Source of the DNA: Ruditapes philippinarum
Lineage: Eukaryota
Length of the DNA: 64,000 nt
Assembly (NCBI RefSeq): GCF_026571515.1
Contig: NW_026866846.1
Coordinates: forward strand, 124,001-188,000
Reading direction: 5' to 3'
A program made the position numbers and the translations under genes. The notes beneath the pieces were generated by a model. The model had not been told where the DNA came from. It made no database searches and saw only the letters and a program-made list of their open reading frames with translations. This document shows, in pieces, positions 36,381 through 50,564 of this stretch. Position 1 is the stretch's first letter. Each line of letters starts with the position of its first letter.

Positions 36381-38947
36381 GCTCGATACTTTTCGGCAGT
36401 TGTATTGCTATTCTTTTCAAAAAAAAATCATTCTTAATTCCTAAAACTGTCATTTGAAGGCACATTATGAATCAGAAATGAATACATTTTTATTTCTTTC
36501 TTTCTTTTTTTTCTTTCTTTATTTCTTTAAAAGGGAAACACGAGTTTAATAACGTTTAAACAATGAGTTAAGAGTATTTTAAATGCTCAACATCTGGAAA
36601 AAAGTAGCACTGAATTTGATTTTATTTAGTAGCAAAATGTAAAATAATGAGTATTTTGACTAACATACAAACTGCTAAATCACTATTAATGTATTAATTG
36701 CCAAAACGCAGCAGAAGCAACTGATAATAATTGACAATGAGTAACTTTTTGGAAACTAACTATAACAGAAGCCCCAAAACAAAATGCCTTTGAGGAATAA
36801 AAATAAAATAATAACTTGGGGAAATAGGCCTTTACAAAATTGAAATAAAATGAAATAAGGCCAAATAAGCCATGGTTATGGTTTTAACAATTAAAGAATA
36901 GACACATTATTAAAGATACCTGAATATGCATTTGAGCAGGGTTAATTAAATGGTCTGAATAAAGTATTCGTTCCCTTTCCCCATTGGCTGTAAGTGACAT
37001 TGACGTAAACTTCGATTTAACCACAGACGCAAAACAAAAATAACGTTCATCAAATTATTTTCTTACTAAATAAACAACATAAGGACCATATTCCCTCATC
37101 AGCTGTCAAATGTTATTGTTCTTTCGCAATTTATGTTTCACATCAAAGCATGAAAATGTATTCAATCAAAATTAATAGCGCTTAAGAAAATACTGTGTGG
37201 CCACCATCAACATGTTTAAACAAACGTCAACATGTAGTTTGGATGGCATTAATTAGCTTATAAATTTTCCAAGTGAACATAAACGAGGACAATTACAAAA
37301 AAAAATGAATTGTTTTTAAACTTTAAATAAAATACCATGAAATGTTCAACAGAATACGTTAAAGTAAAATATATAAGAACAATTAAGTATGCCTGCGAAA
37401 TGATCGTGAAATATATGAATATCAAATAAGAGTAAATAAGGACAATTGCATCTACTGAATGAGTAAATATGTTTTATATATATTTGTAGATGCTCATAAG
37501 ACCCGGCGTAATTGATCACACACAGTTTTAATAGCTATATATATCAAAGGGGACAATAAGAAGAACATCACTTAGGTGTAACTAAGGGTCGGTCATTTTT
37601 CTTCACACTGCACAAGTCACAGAATTATGGTCATCCGAATTAAACATTTCTGATAAGTAAACTTTTCTTGTGTCCGTGCAAGAGATTATAGTATGTTACT
37701 TTTAGTCATTTAAAATAAAAGGTCAATTCATACCGCAGTAAAAATTATTATGTGACGTGTGCAGTGTCACTTACTTTAATATCATTCCCTGCGGTCTGGA
37801 GACCGCAGGGTATTGGTACGCGTTTAACTTTTGAGGCATGGAGGAGCACGTGGCATGTTTTCGGTACATGGAGGAGCATGTGATCTGTAAACCGTATATG
37901 ATTGGTTAATTGACCTTTTCGAAAACCAAGCTAAATACCGTTTGCCGGTACGTTACGGATTTACCTGTAGGGAATTAGTCCGAATTACACCTAATTGAGA
38001 ACAAAAATCTATTACGTGATATTTCTAATTTTCTATAATTATTTTACCGTTTAAGGTGGAAAAACTTGAATGATGTGTTTGAAAATTATCAATGTTTCTT
38101 TAATAAATATCTCAAATTTTACATACAATAAATTGTTTATACTGAAAATCTACAAAATTAAAATATTCGTAGTGGCATCTGCCATAATAAATAGAGATAT
38201 ATTCTGCGTAAACTAGTGTGTTTACTTTATTTATTTTTTGCTCGGAATTATTCATAAAATGGTAGGCCTATTTAATCATTTTCTTAAAAAGAAATAATTG
38301 TTTTATGTTCGACCTTCTCCGGTCTTCAACGGTCACATGCAGTTTCCAAAGACCTTCTTCTATATTGTTCGATTATTGTCAACTATATTCCTGTTACAAA
38401 CGTTTATTTATCCCCCCCCCCCAATAATGTTGAAAATAGTGAAATGAAATATCTTTATATCATTAAAATGTTCACCGCAGGAAACCATTTTACTTGTAAT
38501 GTCGTTTGTAAGTTTAATACGTTTTAAATAACCAAATACATATTCCATATTCCGTTCAAATTAAATAATTGCAGAAATTAAAATTTGAAGACTAATACTC
38601 AAAATAAAAGTGCTTTTTATAGGACGATTTCAATATAAAGTGAAAACTAGTAACATAAGGCGAGTAATAAATTGTGAAAAAAATGATAAGTAACAAAAAC
38701 CATGTAAATAGCCGTTATTATATACGTAAGTAAACTGGTAAACGTGCGTTAATATGTTTATTTATTCGTAAGTAATGGTGATTCATGTTAATTATTCGTC
38801 TTTTTTTCTTTAATTATATACGAACTAAAATCTCATTAACTTAAAAGTAATACGTCTTAAATTGTTTTTCAAACGTAACTTTTGTGTACATTTGCTTTCG
38901 TTTCCTTATTTGTTTTATATTACTGAAAAGCGTTGGTCTAGTTTGAA

Positions 38948-41900
38948 ATGGATAGAAAAACGTACTTCTTTCAATTTCTGGTAAGTTAATAATGTATCTT
39001 AGTTAAAAATTGTCTTGATAATATTGATAGCATTTGTTCTTATTTGATAAAGTTGACTTACTGATGCTAAAAATGAAAGGGTGAGTGATAGACTGCTAAA
39101 ACAAACAGAGCCTGAAACAGTTTCAATACAGTCATTTCGGATGTTCTACTAGTATTAATCTCATTTACTTTAATCATTGGAAATCGGACCATTATGTTAT
39201 ACATCCAGTACCTATTCAAAGTTGTGTGAAATTTTGTTCTTTACTTTCTTTCTTTCTTTCTTGTTTTCTTCAGATTGTTTTTGGTGTGCTGATTCTTACT
39301 AATGGACAAATTATTGCACAAGGTAAGTCTTGAATAAGCTAATGCTTTTATCAACAAATCTTTTACACAGAGTCAACACAGACGCCTTCTGACAACTTTG
39401 AAATGCAATTTGTTCATTTGAATATTCTATGTGAAGTCTCTTTTTATTGTGTGCAGTCTATTAAAAAAGCGTTTACATTTGACAGTCATGTACTTTAAGG
39501 AATTATGAAACTTAATGCAATATATTATATGTTTATATTACAATTTATTGTATTTTATGCACTTTTAGTTCCTAAATGGAAATGGTCAAAGTCTTAAAGC
39601 TAGCAAATTCAATGTTTGCTGCTAGAGTGGTATATTTTTAACTACCTTTGTATGACCCTTTTGTATATATAAAACATATTTTCTTGGAAAAAGATCATTA
39701 TGTGTCACTTACTCCACAGCTATATATGACCCTGATAAGACGTTAGTGACGACTTTTGCCACACATGTGTTTACTAACGTGTCTTTTTAAGTTAGATTAT
39801 TTGGATTTTCAAACTGTTGTTTCCTTTTTATAGTTTTCATTATGTTTGTGTTCACTGCTGAAACCTTTTAGAAGTATATCTGAACGATTTGTGTGTACTG
39901 GAGATTGAAAAAATGCACTTTTCTTGAAGATGTTGAAATATTAACATTTCAATGAAATTTATATATGTAAGGCATTGTCCAAATTGACGACAAAAACAAT
40001 ATATATGGCTAAAAGAAATATACAACGTGTAATGTTTTACATTTTACAGAGTCTTACGGAAGTAGAAGAATAATTTCACCTGGACATCCTCTAGGTCTGG
40101 GTCCATTTGTTGATTCATACTCACAAGGGTCTGTTATGAGCAGTAGAAGAATCACAGGCGATCCCTACGGTAATCCTTACCCCGATCCGTACATGGGAGG
40201 CGGTGTTTTACCAGTTGGAGGCGGTATGATGCCTGTTGGGGGCGGTGTTTTACCTGTTGGAGGCGGTATGATACCTGTTGGAGGTAGTGCGTTACCAGTT
40301 TACCCAGCAGAAAATTACCCGGTAGGCGGTATGCTTGGCGGCATCTTTGATGGAAGACGTCACCCATCGATTGTCGGAGATCGGTCAAGTACTAGCGTTC
40401 AGACTATAAATGTATCAAACAAAAATAATAATCATCGCTTTCAGACAGGATCTGGTAATGTCGTCATAAATCAAGGTAATCAAATGTTTAAATATAAATA
40501 ATTTTCTTCAAAATCCTTATCTATATGAAGATTTTTAAAAATACTTTTTGCACCAAACATGGATATTTGACAGCAGTAGTGTTGTAACATGACAATCCCT
40601 GATAATTAATACTAAATATTTTACATGTATATATAAACATGCAATACATGTAAAGCTGCGGTCTCACTTACTCCCGGCAGAGCCCAGGGCCACCCCGGTA
40701 AGTTACCGGGATGATCCGGGGTGAAATTATTGTTGCGGTCACACTAACCCGGCAGCACTACGGTAATTCCCAGCTAACCACCCTGGATGCTCTCCCGACC
40801 ATCCAGGCAGATCCCAGATGAAGCTACGGTGTATGCCGGTGTTTCTCCGGTCGTTCCCGGATGACGCCGGAAGAGCCCTGGTCGACCTAGGCAGAGCCCC
40901 AGTCGATCCAGGCAAAGCCCCGGCAGAGGCCAGGACGATCAAGGCAGAGTCCTTGTAGAACCCCGGTAAATTTAAAACGCGCGAAAATGATTACATTGAT
41001 ACATAATTTTAATTTAATATTATATCTATTGTTCCGGAACAGTATTTCATGATGATTTTCTGAAAAATTCTTATGCAAGACTGGATAAAAGGGAAATGGG
41101 AAGGATTTTAATACAAAGAAGTGAAATCATCGCAAATTGTCGTGATATTTTTTGAAATGAACGGGTTTTGCGGGGCTCTACCGGGATCAACCGTAGCTCC
41201 ATCGTCATCTTCCGGGACTCTGCCGGCATTCACCGGGGCTCTGCCGGCATCCACCAGGGCTCTGCCAGCATTCACAGGGGCTCTACCGTAGCTCTACCGG
41301 CTATATCATGCCCCGAATCATCCCCAGTGTGTGCCGGCAGAGATTCGGTACTTCCCCGGTGTAACCCCGGTCGTTCCCGGCAGAGCTAAGGATGAAGCCG
41401 GCAAAGCTATACTTCCCGGATCATCGCGGTGATTTCCATCCGGGGTCGAATGCCTGTTGTTCCCGGATCATCCCGGACGTTGCCGGCAGAGTAACGGATG
41501 TACACCGGTTGTTCCCGGTCGTACCCCGGTCGTTCCCAGATCACCCCGGACGTCTACCGGGGCTCTACCGGAGCTCTGCCAGGATGTTAGTGAGATTGTA
41601 GCTTAATGAGATCATATTAAAGGACGACTTAAGATGCGGGAAGAAATATGTGTGAAAACTACAATTCTACAATTCTTGAATACACTATAACGATAAAGTC
41701 AATTGTGCTTATTAAACTTTAATACTTCACCATAGATGTCAAGTGTTGCGTCGCACCTGTAAAAGTTTGGCCCTTATTTCATTTCAATGTTCTATTATTC
41801 TGGTCCTTCGGGATCATTGTTTTCAGCACGTTAGTATTGAAGATTCTAAAGCTGCTACTGCTAAGCTTTAGGATTATGCAATTTTCCATTATCTCTCCTC

Positions 41901-42372
41901 AATCAAACTGAGTCTGCAATTTTTATATAATATTGTTGTTTCAATGCTTCTGAGGGATCATCCATTTTCAGGACTTTTTAATAATAACCATGATTACACC
42001 AACACATTTAGGTATACTTATCATAGTGTTAGTCGCGGTGGGGCCAGCAATGTGTCAGTATCGCCGTTTAAACAAAACACGAAAACCATCGGTTAGGTTT
42101 AGATTTCTGTTTCGGTTTGTTTTGTTTTTTGTTGTTGTTGTTTTTGTTTTGTTTTTTTGTTGTTTTTTTTAAACCAAATCAGTCAAAACCATATAGTTAT
42201 ATCATATACATATTCCGTTTTTGTTTCAGTTTCAACTAACGGAAGAAGTTGTTCTTGCTATGTTGGAATGCCTGACCAATGTTACCCACAAGTGTGTATC
42301 CCGGACAGTAGTTGTTCAGGTGCAGGAGGCAATGGTATATGCGGTAGCGGACAAGGAATTATGATGATATAA
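38948..42372 (+). CDS. Cluster gene 4 (216 aa, 4 exons), divergent paralog with GGG(V/M)xPV heptad repeats
   Basis: Exons 38948-38980, 39274-39322, 40050-40475 and 42230-42372, GT-AG, phases 0,1,1, 651 nt open. Starts MDRKTYFFQFLIVFGVLILTNG|QIIAQESYGSRR. The last exon encodes CSCYVGMPDQCYPQVCIPDSSCSGAGGNGIC. Confidence 0.85.
40654..41603. mobile_element. PIF/Harbinger-like MITE in intron 3 of gene 4
   Basis: TAA|AGCTGCGGTCTCACTTAC ... GTTAGTGAGATTGTAGCT|TAA. GC-rich CCGG/GGCAGAGC subterminal repeats in inverted orientation surround an AT-rich core. Confidence 0.75.
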
Positions 42373-44546
42373 CTGTACATTTGTTACCTCAATATATAAT
42401 GTGTTACAGGTCATATGCAACAGTTATTATATTAATAAATGGCATTTTAGTTTATATTAAACCGAAGGTTGTTGGTGATCAACGCAATTGTACTTTCCAT
42501 TTACCCCATTGTTTTATTCGATTTGCCATGCTTTGACTATGAAAACTTTAAGGATTTCATAATCAAAAGATCACTTGACCCTTAAAATTTCCTAAAATAT
42601 CCATGACGACTTAAACTGTCAAAAACTTTTAGAGATCAATGCTTAACAAATACGCATGTGCATTAATAATTTTGCACAATAGCTTTCTATTCAGTATTGC
42701 AGTTTTAGATAATGTACCAGCTGCAATGTTTTGAGAAACGGAAGAGATGAAGAAAATATTTCTTTTTTTCAACTGGTTTTGTTTAATCAAATTAATTCAA
42801 TAATTGAATAATTTAACGTACAAGTCATATAATATTCCTAATTCAAGTGTAAATTTTAGTTATAAATGATTTGCTCTCCTGTTCCCTCCTTTATGTTTGT
42901 TCCCCTGCTTGGTGACTTAACGGTGGTACTGTGTAGCTGCGTACTGTTTTGGGCAATCTGATTAAAATCAGCTTCTAATTAAAGCTACGCATTAGGATTT
43001 AATAGGCACAAATAGGATGTCACTTTCTATAATACTTTATCTAATACCTAATCTGGAAAGGACGGGTTGGTTGCAAGGATTAAAATAGCTTTCACGGAAA
43101 ATCCAAATCACATAAAGGCGGAACAAATACGGTGGCAATTAGATCTACATGCAAAAAATAACTTAAATAGATTTGAACTTAAGTATGATTGTGCTGTAGA
43201 CTGCGTTGAATGATTTGTCGCTCACACTTGTTGGCTTTACCTTACTTCATTCACGAATTCTTGTTTGTTGCAAATGAAAAACACCTGGCTGGTTATTAAA
43301 TGTCAAATATAATCTAAATCACAGTTAACAATTAACTTTCACTTAGATTCTTTTAAACATATAATAGCTTCATCATTAAAGAAGCGTAATGCACTTATCA
43401 TATTCTTTTCAAGCAGCGACCTTTGCTATGATTAAATTGCTGAGTACTAGATTTTATATCATAGCCATATGCACAAACTATTCTGGTTGTTATACCGTAA
43501 TCGTAAATGCCAGTGAGCGAACGTAAAAACTAAATACTCCTTTCTCTTAATAATATGATTTTTTTTTCGTGTATTATCCCTTGTCTGATTTTATAACGCC
43601 TTATTTCTTGAAATTCTTATTGACTATGTCTTCTTTGAATACAAGAATGAATAAACAATGTATGGGAAGCTGCGTTCCTTATTACAGGTCAAGTAAAAGG
43701 GGTCTTTTCTGAAAAATCGGCAAGTTCTTTTTTTAATGAATCTATATATTTATATTATGACCACCTCTAGTGAGTAGAATTTTAAATATAACATATCTAC
43801 TTGGTGTAAAAGTCAAAACATGTTTATTTTATATTTGCAAAGAGACTGTGTAGCAACTTATATATCAAAATTATGCATAGTGTATCTTTAAATCAGGCCG
43901 CAGTTGGAAACATGGGTATTTATTTTTCCCATGACTAATGTTAAAAGAAAAGTTACGTAATGAAGTTGTATGTCTAAAAAGATTCAATATACTGAAATGA
44001 TATACTGTAAAAAATTATGGCTGCAACAAATTTAAGAAAATAAGATAAAAGATCAGAAATTAATGTAAAGTGGCTACATAATTCAGTCATATCATAAAAT
44101 CTCAAAACTTAGGGATTATGTGTATTCCCAAACGCATTTTCTTGTGATTTAATTAATAAATGAAACTTTAGCTTTATTTTAGCCTCTAAGAATGTTATCT
44201 TGCTTTAACATTAATAAAACGAAACTTTTGACAATGCTTTAACTAGCAGATTACCAAGGCATAAACAAACAATCTACATTTTGTAATAACTGACTTATTT
44301 TACAGTTTCATATGGCCACAACTGACAACAATATTATGACAAAACTTGGCACGTTTTATGAAGTCGTCATTTGAAATGAGTCTTTCATAACAATTTTACT
44401 CTAAAATACATTACAATGCATTTTGATTAATTAAAAAATATACAAGTAAATATGTGCAATCGTTCATTTATTTTTTACAAGATAGCATAAGTGTAGTTAG
44501 TTCTAGAGTACCAATCCGAGAGTGTTTCAGTTAAAGTCAAGGTTTT

Positions 44547-46825
44547 GTTAGTTTTAACATAGTTTATTTCAAACAATGATACATGTACATCATGTTGTTA
44601 ATACAATAACTAGATACACGATTGAAAAAGGATTAGAGCCGAAAGCTATAAAGCTTAAAAAGGTCTTCTCCTACATATTTGTACAATGCAGTTAAATTAT
44701 GACAGTGTTTGCAATATTGTTTGAAACAATGAAGTTAATTTTAACATATTTGAAACGAAAAAAAAATCGAAGATTTAAGCTGTTGTTCAAAAAATCTTTT
44801 TTTAAATAATATAAATAATTGAAAAGAATAAGAAAGAAGGTAAAGAAGGTCAAGTTGGCAAATTGTTTTGTGAATCTAAGCTCATGTAAATCGGTTACTT
44901 TCACGTATATATACATGAACTGCTTGAACAATTTTAGAATTAATGTCATGGCTAAGATTCTGGTCTCCATTTAGTAAGGTATGAAGTGTTATAATACAGA
45001 TGTTAGAAACAGCATCAAATAGTCTGAGTCTGATATCATTATATAAGTGACACTCAAAGAAGAAGTGGTGGTTACTTTCCAGGAGTCCACATTGACAATT
45101 TGGTGAGGGGACATATTTTTTCTGAATAAGTGATGGTTTAAAAAGCTACATTCTGTTCGGAGCCGTGTGTGCATGACTTGCCTATTTCTTTCACCTATGT
45201 AATAGTATTTGGGGCATTTTTATATTACCTTTAAGTTGCGTTTTAAAAGAGGACAAAGATATTGAGTTTTGTACCTCTGTTGATAGTAAGTTCCAATCTC
45301 TCAAAGTAGATGGCAGAAATGCATTATGGTAAAGAGAAGTTCTTGTACGTATTGTTTGCATGTCAGAAGCATTTCGTAAATTGTACTTAGACGTTTCTCC
45401 ATCTGATGGTGGAACTAAGGACGATAAATTATCTGGTGTGAGACCGTTAAACGAAATAAGTTTGTGATTCTGTCTACGGCTTTCGAGGGATTCCAAAAGT
45501 ACTTCTCTTTGAAGTTCCTGAAGAGATACAAGTTTAGTGGCCCCTGAAACTATACGGGCGGCTTCGTGTTGAATTTTATCAAGTTCAAGTTTTTCATATT
45601 GTGTACAATTGATCCAGACTACATTTGCATATTCAATGAGAGGTCTTACGAATGATAGATATATAACTTCTAGTGATCTTCTGTCTAGTGTAAATTTAAG
45701 TTTTCTCATGATATGAATTCTTTTCCAAGCCTTCTCTTTGATAGGATTAATATGTACATGCCAAGAGCAATCATCTGAAAAGTAAAGACCAAGATGTTTT
45801 TGACTATTTACTGAGGAGATAGGCTGATCATGCATTAGAAGTTGCGGATGATAACGCTTTTTTGTTTTGCGTGACATGATCATAATTTCCGATTTAGAAG
45901 GGTTGAATGTTACAAGCCATTTATCAGCCCAACTTGAAATGTTTTCGATATCAGATTGAAGAGTTTTCGCGGCAGCTATTGGATAGTCAATAATTATGTG
46001 CAAACTAGTATCATCGGCAAAGAGGTGTATGCTTGAGTTTAAATCGTCAACAATATCATTAATGTATACCAGGAACAACAGAGGCCCAAGAATAGATCCT
46101 TGAGGAACTCCTGCATTTACAGTAGACCAATTAGAATGAGCTCCAGGAAGAACGACACATTGACGTCTGTTTGAAAGATAATCAGAGAACCAGTTCAGCA
46201 ATTTTCCATTTAATCCAGCATTTTTTAATTGATAGAGAAGACCATCATGCCATACCTTGTCGAAAGCTTTACTTATACCAAAGAATACTGTTCTTGCTTC
46301 TAATCCGTCGTCGAGAGCCTTACAAAAGGTATTGTATAAATAAGTAAGCTGATTAACTGTTGAGTCTCCTGGTGTAAAGCCAGACTGTACAGAAGAAAGA
46401 AATTTGTTATCAAGAAAAAAGATAAAAACATATTTAAATATAATACACTCAAGTACCTTTTCTTTACAACAAAGTAAAGATATTGGTCGATAATTGTTCG
46501 GTAATGAGGGGTCACATTTCTTAAAGACTGTACATACATTTGCATCTTTCCACATTAGGGGTACCGTACTGCACTGAAGAGATTGATTGAATAGAGAACA
46601 CAGAGGATATTTAAGAACAGATCCAGTTTCTCGTAGTATTCTGTTATTTATTCCATCAGGTCCTGAAGCTTTGTTTTTTTAAAGATCTTAGAGCGTCTTC
46701 TACATCTTGAGGGGATATGCATTTCTAGTTTATTTTTTGGAGATTTGCAAAGGTTTCTAGGATATCCAGTGTTTTGGTTGTTAATTGAAGCTTGTGCAGA
46801 AAAGAATTCATTCAGAATATTTGCC
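44547..46825 (-). mobile_element. 5'-truncated, decayed CR1-group LINE (RT)
   Basis: ORF 45191-46555 has NYRPISLL, SKAFDKVWH, GVPQGSILGPLLF and LFADDT. The C-terminus is frameshifted (44989-45174). The 3' tail AATAAACTATGTTAAAACTAA resembles that of the 3863-5550 copy. Confidence 0.92.
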
Positions 46826-48796
46826 TTTGAAAATGAAATTTATCATAACAATTTTACTCTAAAATACATTACAGTGCATTTTGATTAATAATATACGAGT
46901 AAATATGTGCAATCGTTCATTTATCTTTTTACAAGATAGCATAAGTGTATTAATTCTAGAGTACCAATCCGAGAGTGTTTCAGTTAAAGTCAAGGTTTTC
47001 TTCACAACCGAGCTAAATGCTGTGTACTTTTTAAAGATAAGACTGGTCTAAATTCTTGAAATATTGGAATTCTCTTTCATAGCATAAGAGATCAACACAA
47101 TATTATTTTATATACTTTTTAAAGATCTTCAGCTTTGCATTTAAGCAATACTTAGTGTGCAATTATTAAAGCAAAATGCAAAATGCATTGCCCTTTCGTC
47201 AAAATATGAAAGACATTTTTGAAGTAACATAAACACATTTTTGCAATATTAAAGAACATATAAACTTATAAGACACAATCTCAGTACGTAGTTGCAAGAA
47301 GATCTACGATTCTTTGCGGTGCCATGGAGCGTGGACGGTAGCTTGCTATTACCACTACCGTCCATGAACAGGCTCAAACAAATTGAGCCTGGAACATTTT
47401 CAGTTTTGTCGTGTTTGGCTTTCTTAAAGGATTCTGTTTTTCTCTATTTCTTAACAGGGGTTTTCTCTACTTCACCTCCAAACACTTCAAGAAGCCAGTG
47501 TATAGAAACCGAGGCATTTAACGAAATGAATACCCAGCATTTTCTAAAGAGGCACAATTGCTCATATTTCCATTTCTATTTGTTTTTGTCCTGACCACAT
47601 ATTTATTAAAAATTAAAGGTGTCATCGGTTTTCAAAGCAGATGTTTGCTACTTTATTAATAACCTTATGCTTCATAAGCACCAGTGTGAGTGATCGGTCA
47701 AAATTGTTTGTTAGTTTGTTGGGTTTTTTTCCGTCTAAACGATCGCTTGACGTAGTGTTTTCTAGCTTATGCGAACAAGCACAAATGATCGATTGTGATA
47801 AATGATCTAGTACAGTGATCAACTAACCTTATATCCCATTCAGTTGACAATGTTATCAAAACAAAGTCATTAAGAGGACGACTTGAACGCGAAATGTGGA
47901 TAAACGTATTTACGTAAATATTTCGCCAAAATAATTATAATTATGACTTTAACGACTTTTTGTTTTTGATTTGACAGTAGCCAAAAAAGTTCATATACTT
48001 TTCGCGTAATGTTTCTTTTTATACGATTCAGAAGAATCTGTTTCTCAGAAAAGAGTTTAGAAGTTTGACAAAACATTCATTTTTTAATCTAAAATCTTTT
48101 TTGCAGTATAAAACTTAATTACATTTTGATTGCAATAGAATTTTATTAAACAATGACTGTAGCAGAAATTTCAATCAGAAATGCAAATATCAAGATAAAA
48201 TCAAATATGACAAGCTCACAAATTAGGAAGCATTACAGACAAAATGGTAATGCTGATCAGAACGTAATGTAAAATAATGGTTTCAAAGTACTCACCATTC
48301 TTAAACTCTGTAAGTTAGGTGTATTACAATAAAAGCGGTTTCAGACAGTTATGTTTTACCGTTATGTTATCAAAGTATGTTTCCTATGAGTTTAGTCAAC
48401 ATCTAAGTAAACTAAATTTTAATACAGTTATACATGTATTGATATTTCCTACAGACCCTTGCGGAAGAAAAACTTCATAATTATTAATGTCTAAAAACTC
48501 ATAGAAGGTAGAAGTCCTTCGGTAAAATTGAAAACATATACAAATAAATGTTAACATTGAAGAATCGGTTTGATATAGTCTGTTTATGAAAAGTAAATAA
48601 CAATATAAGCAGCAATGATCCTGTAGGGTATAAAACTTGCACAATATTGAGATATATACTGTACGGGACAAGCGTAACAAATGTCATACAGTATTTCACA
48701 CCTGTGTTTGCGAGTTTAAAAAAACTTCTCGAAAAAGAAGAAAGCATGCACGAGCACAAAAAAAATGAATACTGAGTAAGTAAATTTTACATATAG

Positions 48797-49700
48797 AAAC
48801 AAGAGCATCGCAAAGGTGGGGCAATATTCGCCCGAATGTAAATTTGTTTTAGTAATCAAAAACAATCATACAACTAGGATAGAGACCAAATCAAGAAACT
48901 TGTCTTGAAAAATGTTATGTCTTAATTAACTTTATGATACTTCACGACATCAAGGTGTAGGCATCTACTAGGCAGTGCTATTTGCCAAATATAGAGGCAT
49001 AGTATTCTTCCACAAAAAAGATAAGACGTGTTTTCTATACCCTAGTCTACATAAAACAAGTAACTACAGAAGCAGGGCCAACTTTAACCTCACAGTTATG
49101 ATTAATATAACGTTTGTAGAAATAAACAAACTGACGCCGCATGCCAAATATCTAAGCCCTTTGGTATGTTGTTTCACTCAATACTACTTAAATGTGTTTT
49201 CCTGTATAAGTTTATATAAAAAGAATGACTCCGACACAGGCACATATTGGTCCCAGGGGCATAATTTATATCAGTTTTGCAGATGTTTACCTTAAATAAT
49301 GCTACATGCTAAATATCTTAGCTCTTGGCGTTGTAGTTTCAAACAATAAGACTTAAATCTTGCTGTTTTTCTATATAAGTCTATATGAATAAAGTGACTC
49401 CCGGAATGTCCATATAAGTTTTCCTTTAGAAGTCTATATAAAATACTTGATCCCCGCGGTTAAGCCAATGTTGACACCAATTCTGTAGAAGTCAACAAAG
49501 AAATGCTGCATGCCAAATATTTAAACTCCAGGCATTGTAGTTTCACAAAATATGTTTTCTCATACAAGACTATATTCATTAAATGGCCCAAGTGACGGAA
49601 CAAATACTAGCTGACGGCCCAAACAAATAAAAAAAACTATATTGACTACGGGACCCCCGGGGTGGGGTCAATATTGACCAATTCCAAAGTTATAATTCGG
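48797..49700 (+). mobile_element. Degenerate Helitron-like satellite-carrying repeat
   Basis: Starts AAACAAGAG and has recurrent CATGCCAAATATCTAAGC...TTGTAGTTTC units at about 49140, 49305 and 49510. Confidence 0.5.
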
Positions 49701-50564
49701 TAAGCTATGCCCACTTTGTTTCTTTTTCCCCGATTTATCTTTTTGTTCAGGTTAATTTCTAAAAAAAAGGAAACTACCACAGTTATTCACTTAAAGATTT
49801 GGTATATTTGTTCACTGCATTTCTTAAGTACTGATCTCTATAAAAGGCATTCTAGCTCAATAATCTCCCTTTTTATTATTTCTTAAAAACCATCACAAAT
49901 ATTCACTTCCAACTTGAAATACTTGTTAAATATAAAGGCAAAATGTCTGCCAAACAGTTAATCAGGGTTATGCCTCCTTTTTTACTTTTTTGTAAGGACT
50001 GACAATAGTGGGGCGAGCTGCGAAAAGCTCTTGCTTAAATGAAACTTGGTACCTGCAAAATTCGTTGTATGAAAATCGGACAAAATGTATGGCAAAGCCT
50101 AGAAAGTCTTGTATTTGATACAACATCGGATAACAGATCACAGTTGGTTCTTTTTTGTTGTTTTAAATAAATGAAAGAGCACATTAACCTTTTTTACTTT
50201 AAATCATGTTAATTCATTGTAATTTATTCATCAGTCAGATTATTTAAATCTACAAAAATAAAAACTTTTAAAGAAGACACTTCATTTTACATTTTTGATA
50301 TATTAATAATGCGTGCAAATCTACTTCATTTTAATTATAAATGAAAGAAGAGACCGCCTTGAATTTATATTTTATAATGGATGGAAATATGCGAGCACTT
50401 TTCATATTATTGCTGGTAAGTTTGTTTTTACATCTTATATTTCCATAACCAAAATGATAATGACTTGTTAATAAAATCCAACTGATAATATAACTGAACT
50501 TTGAATTCCCATCGGGCATTGCAAAATCTTTCATTTTTCTATGATATCTAATATATGTAAACGT

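Noticed and set aside
40739-41601. GC-rich ORFs in intron 3 of gene 4
   Set aside because: They lie inside a MITE's subterminal repeats, and exon 3 joins exon 4 in phase without them.
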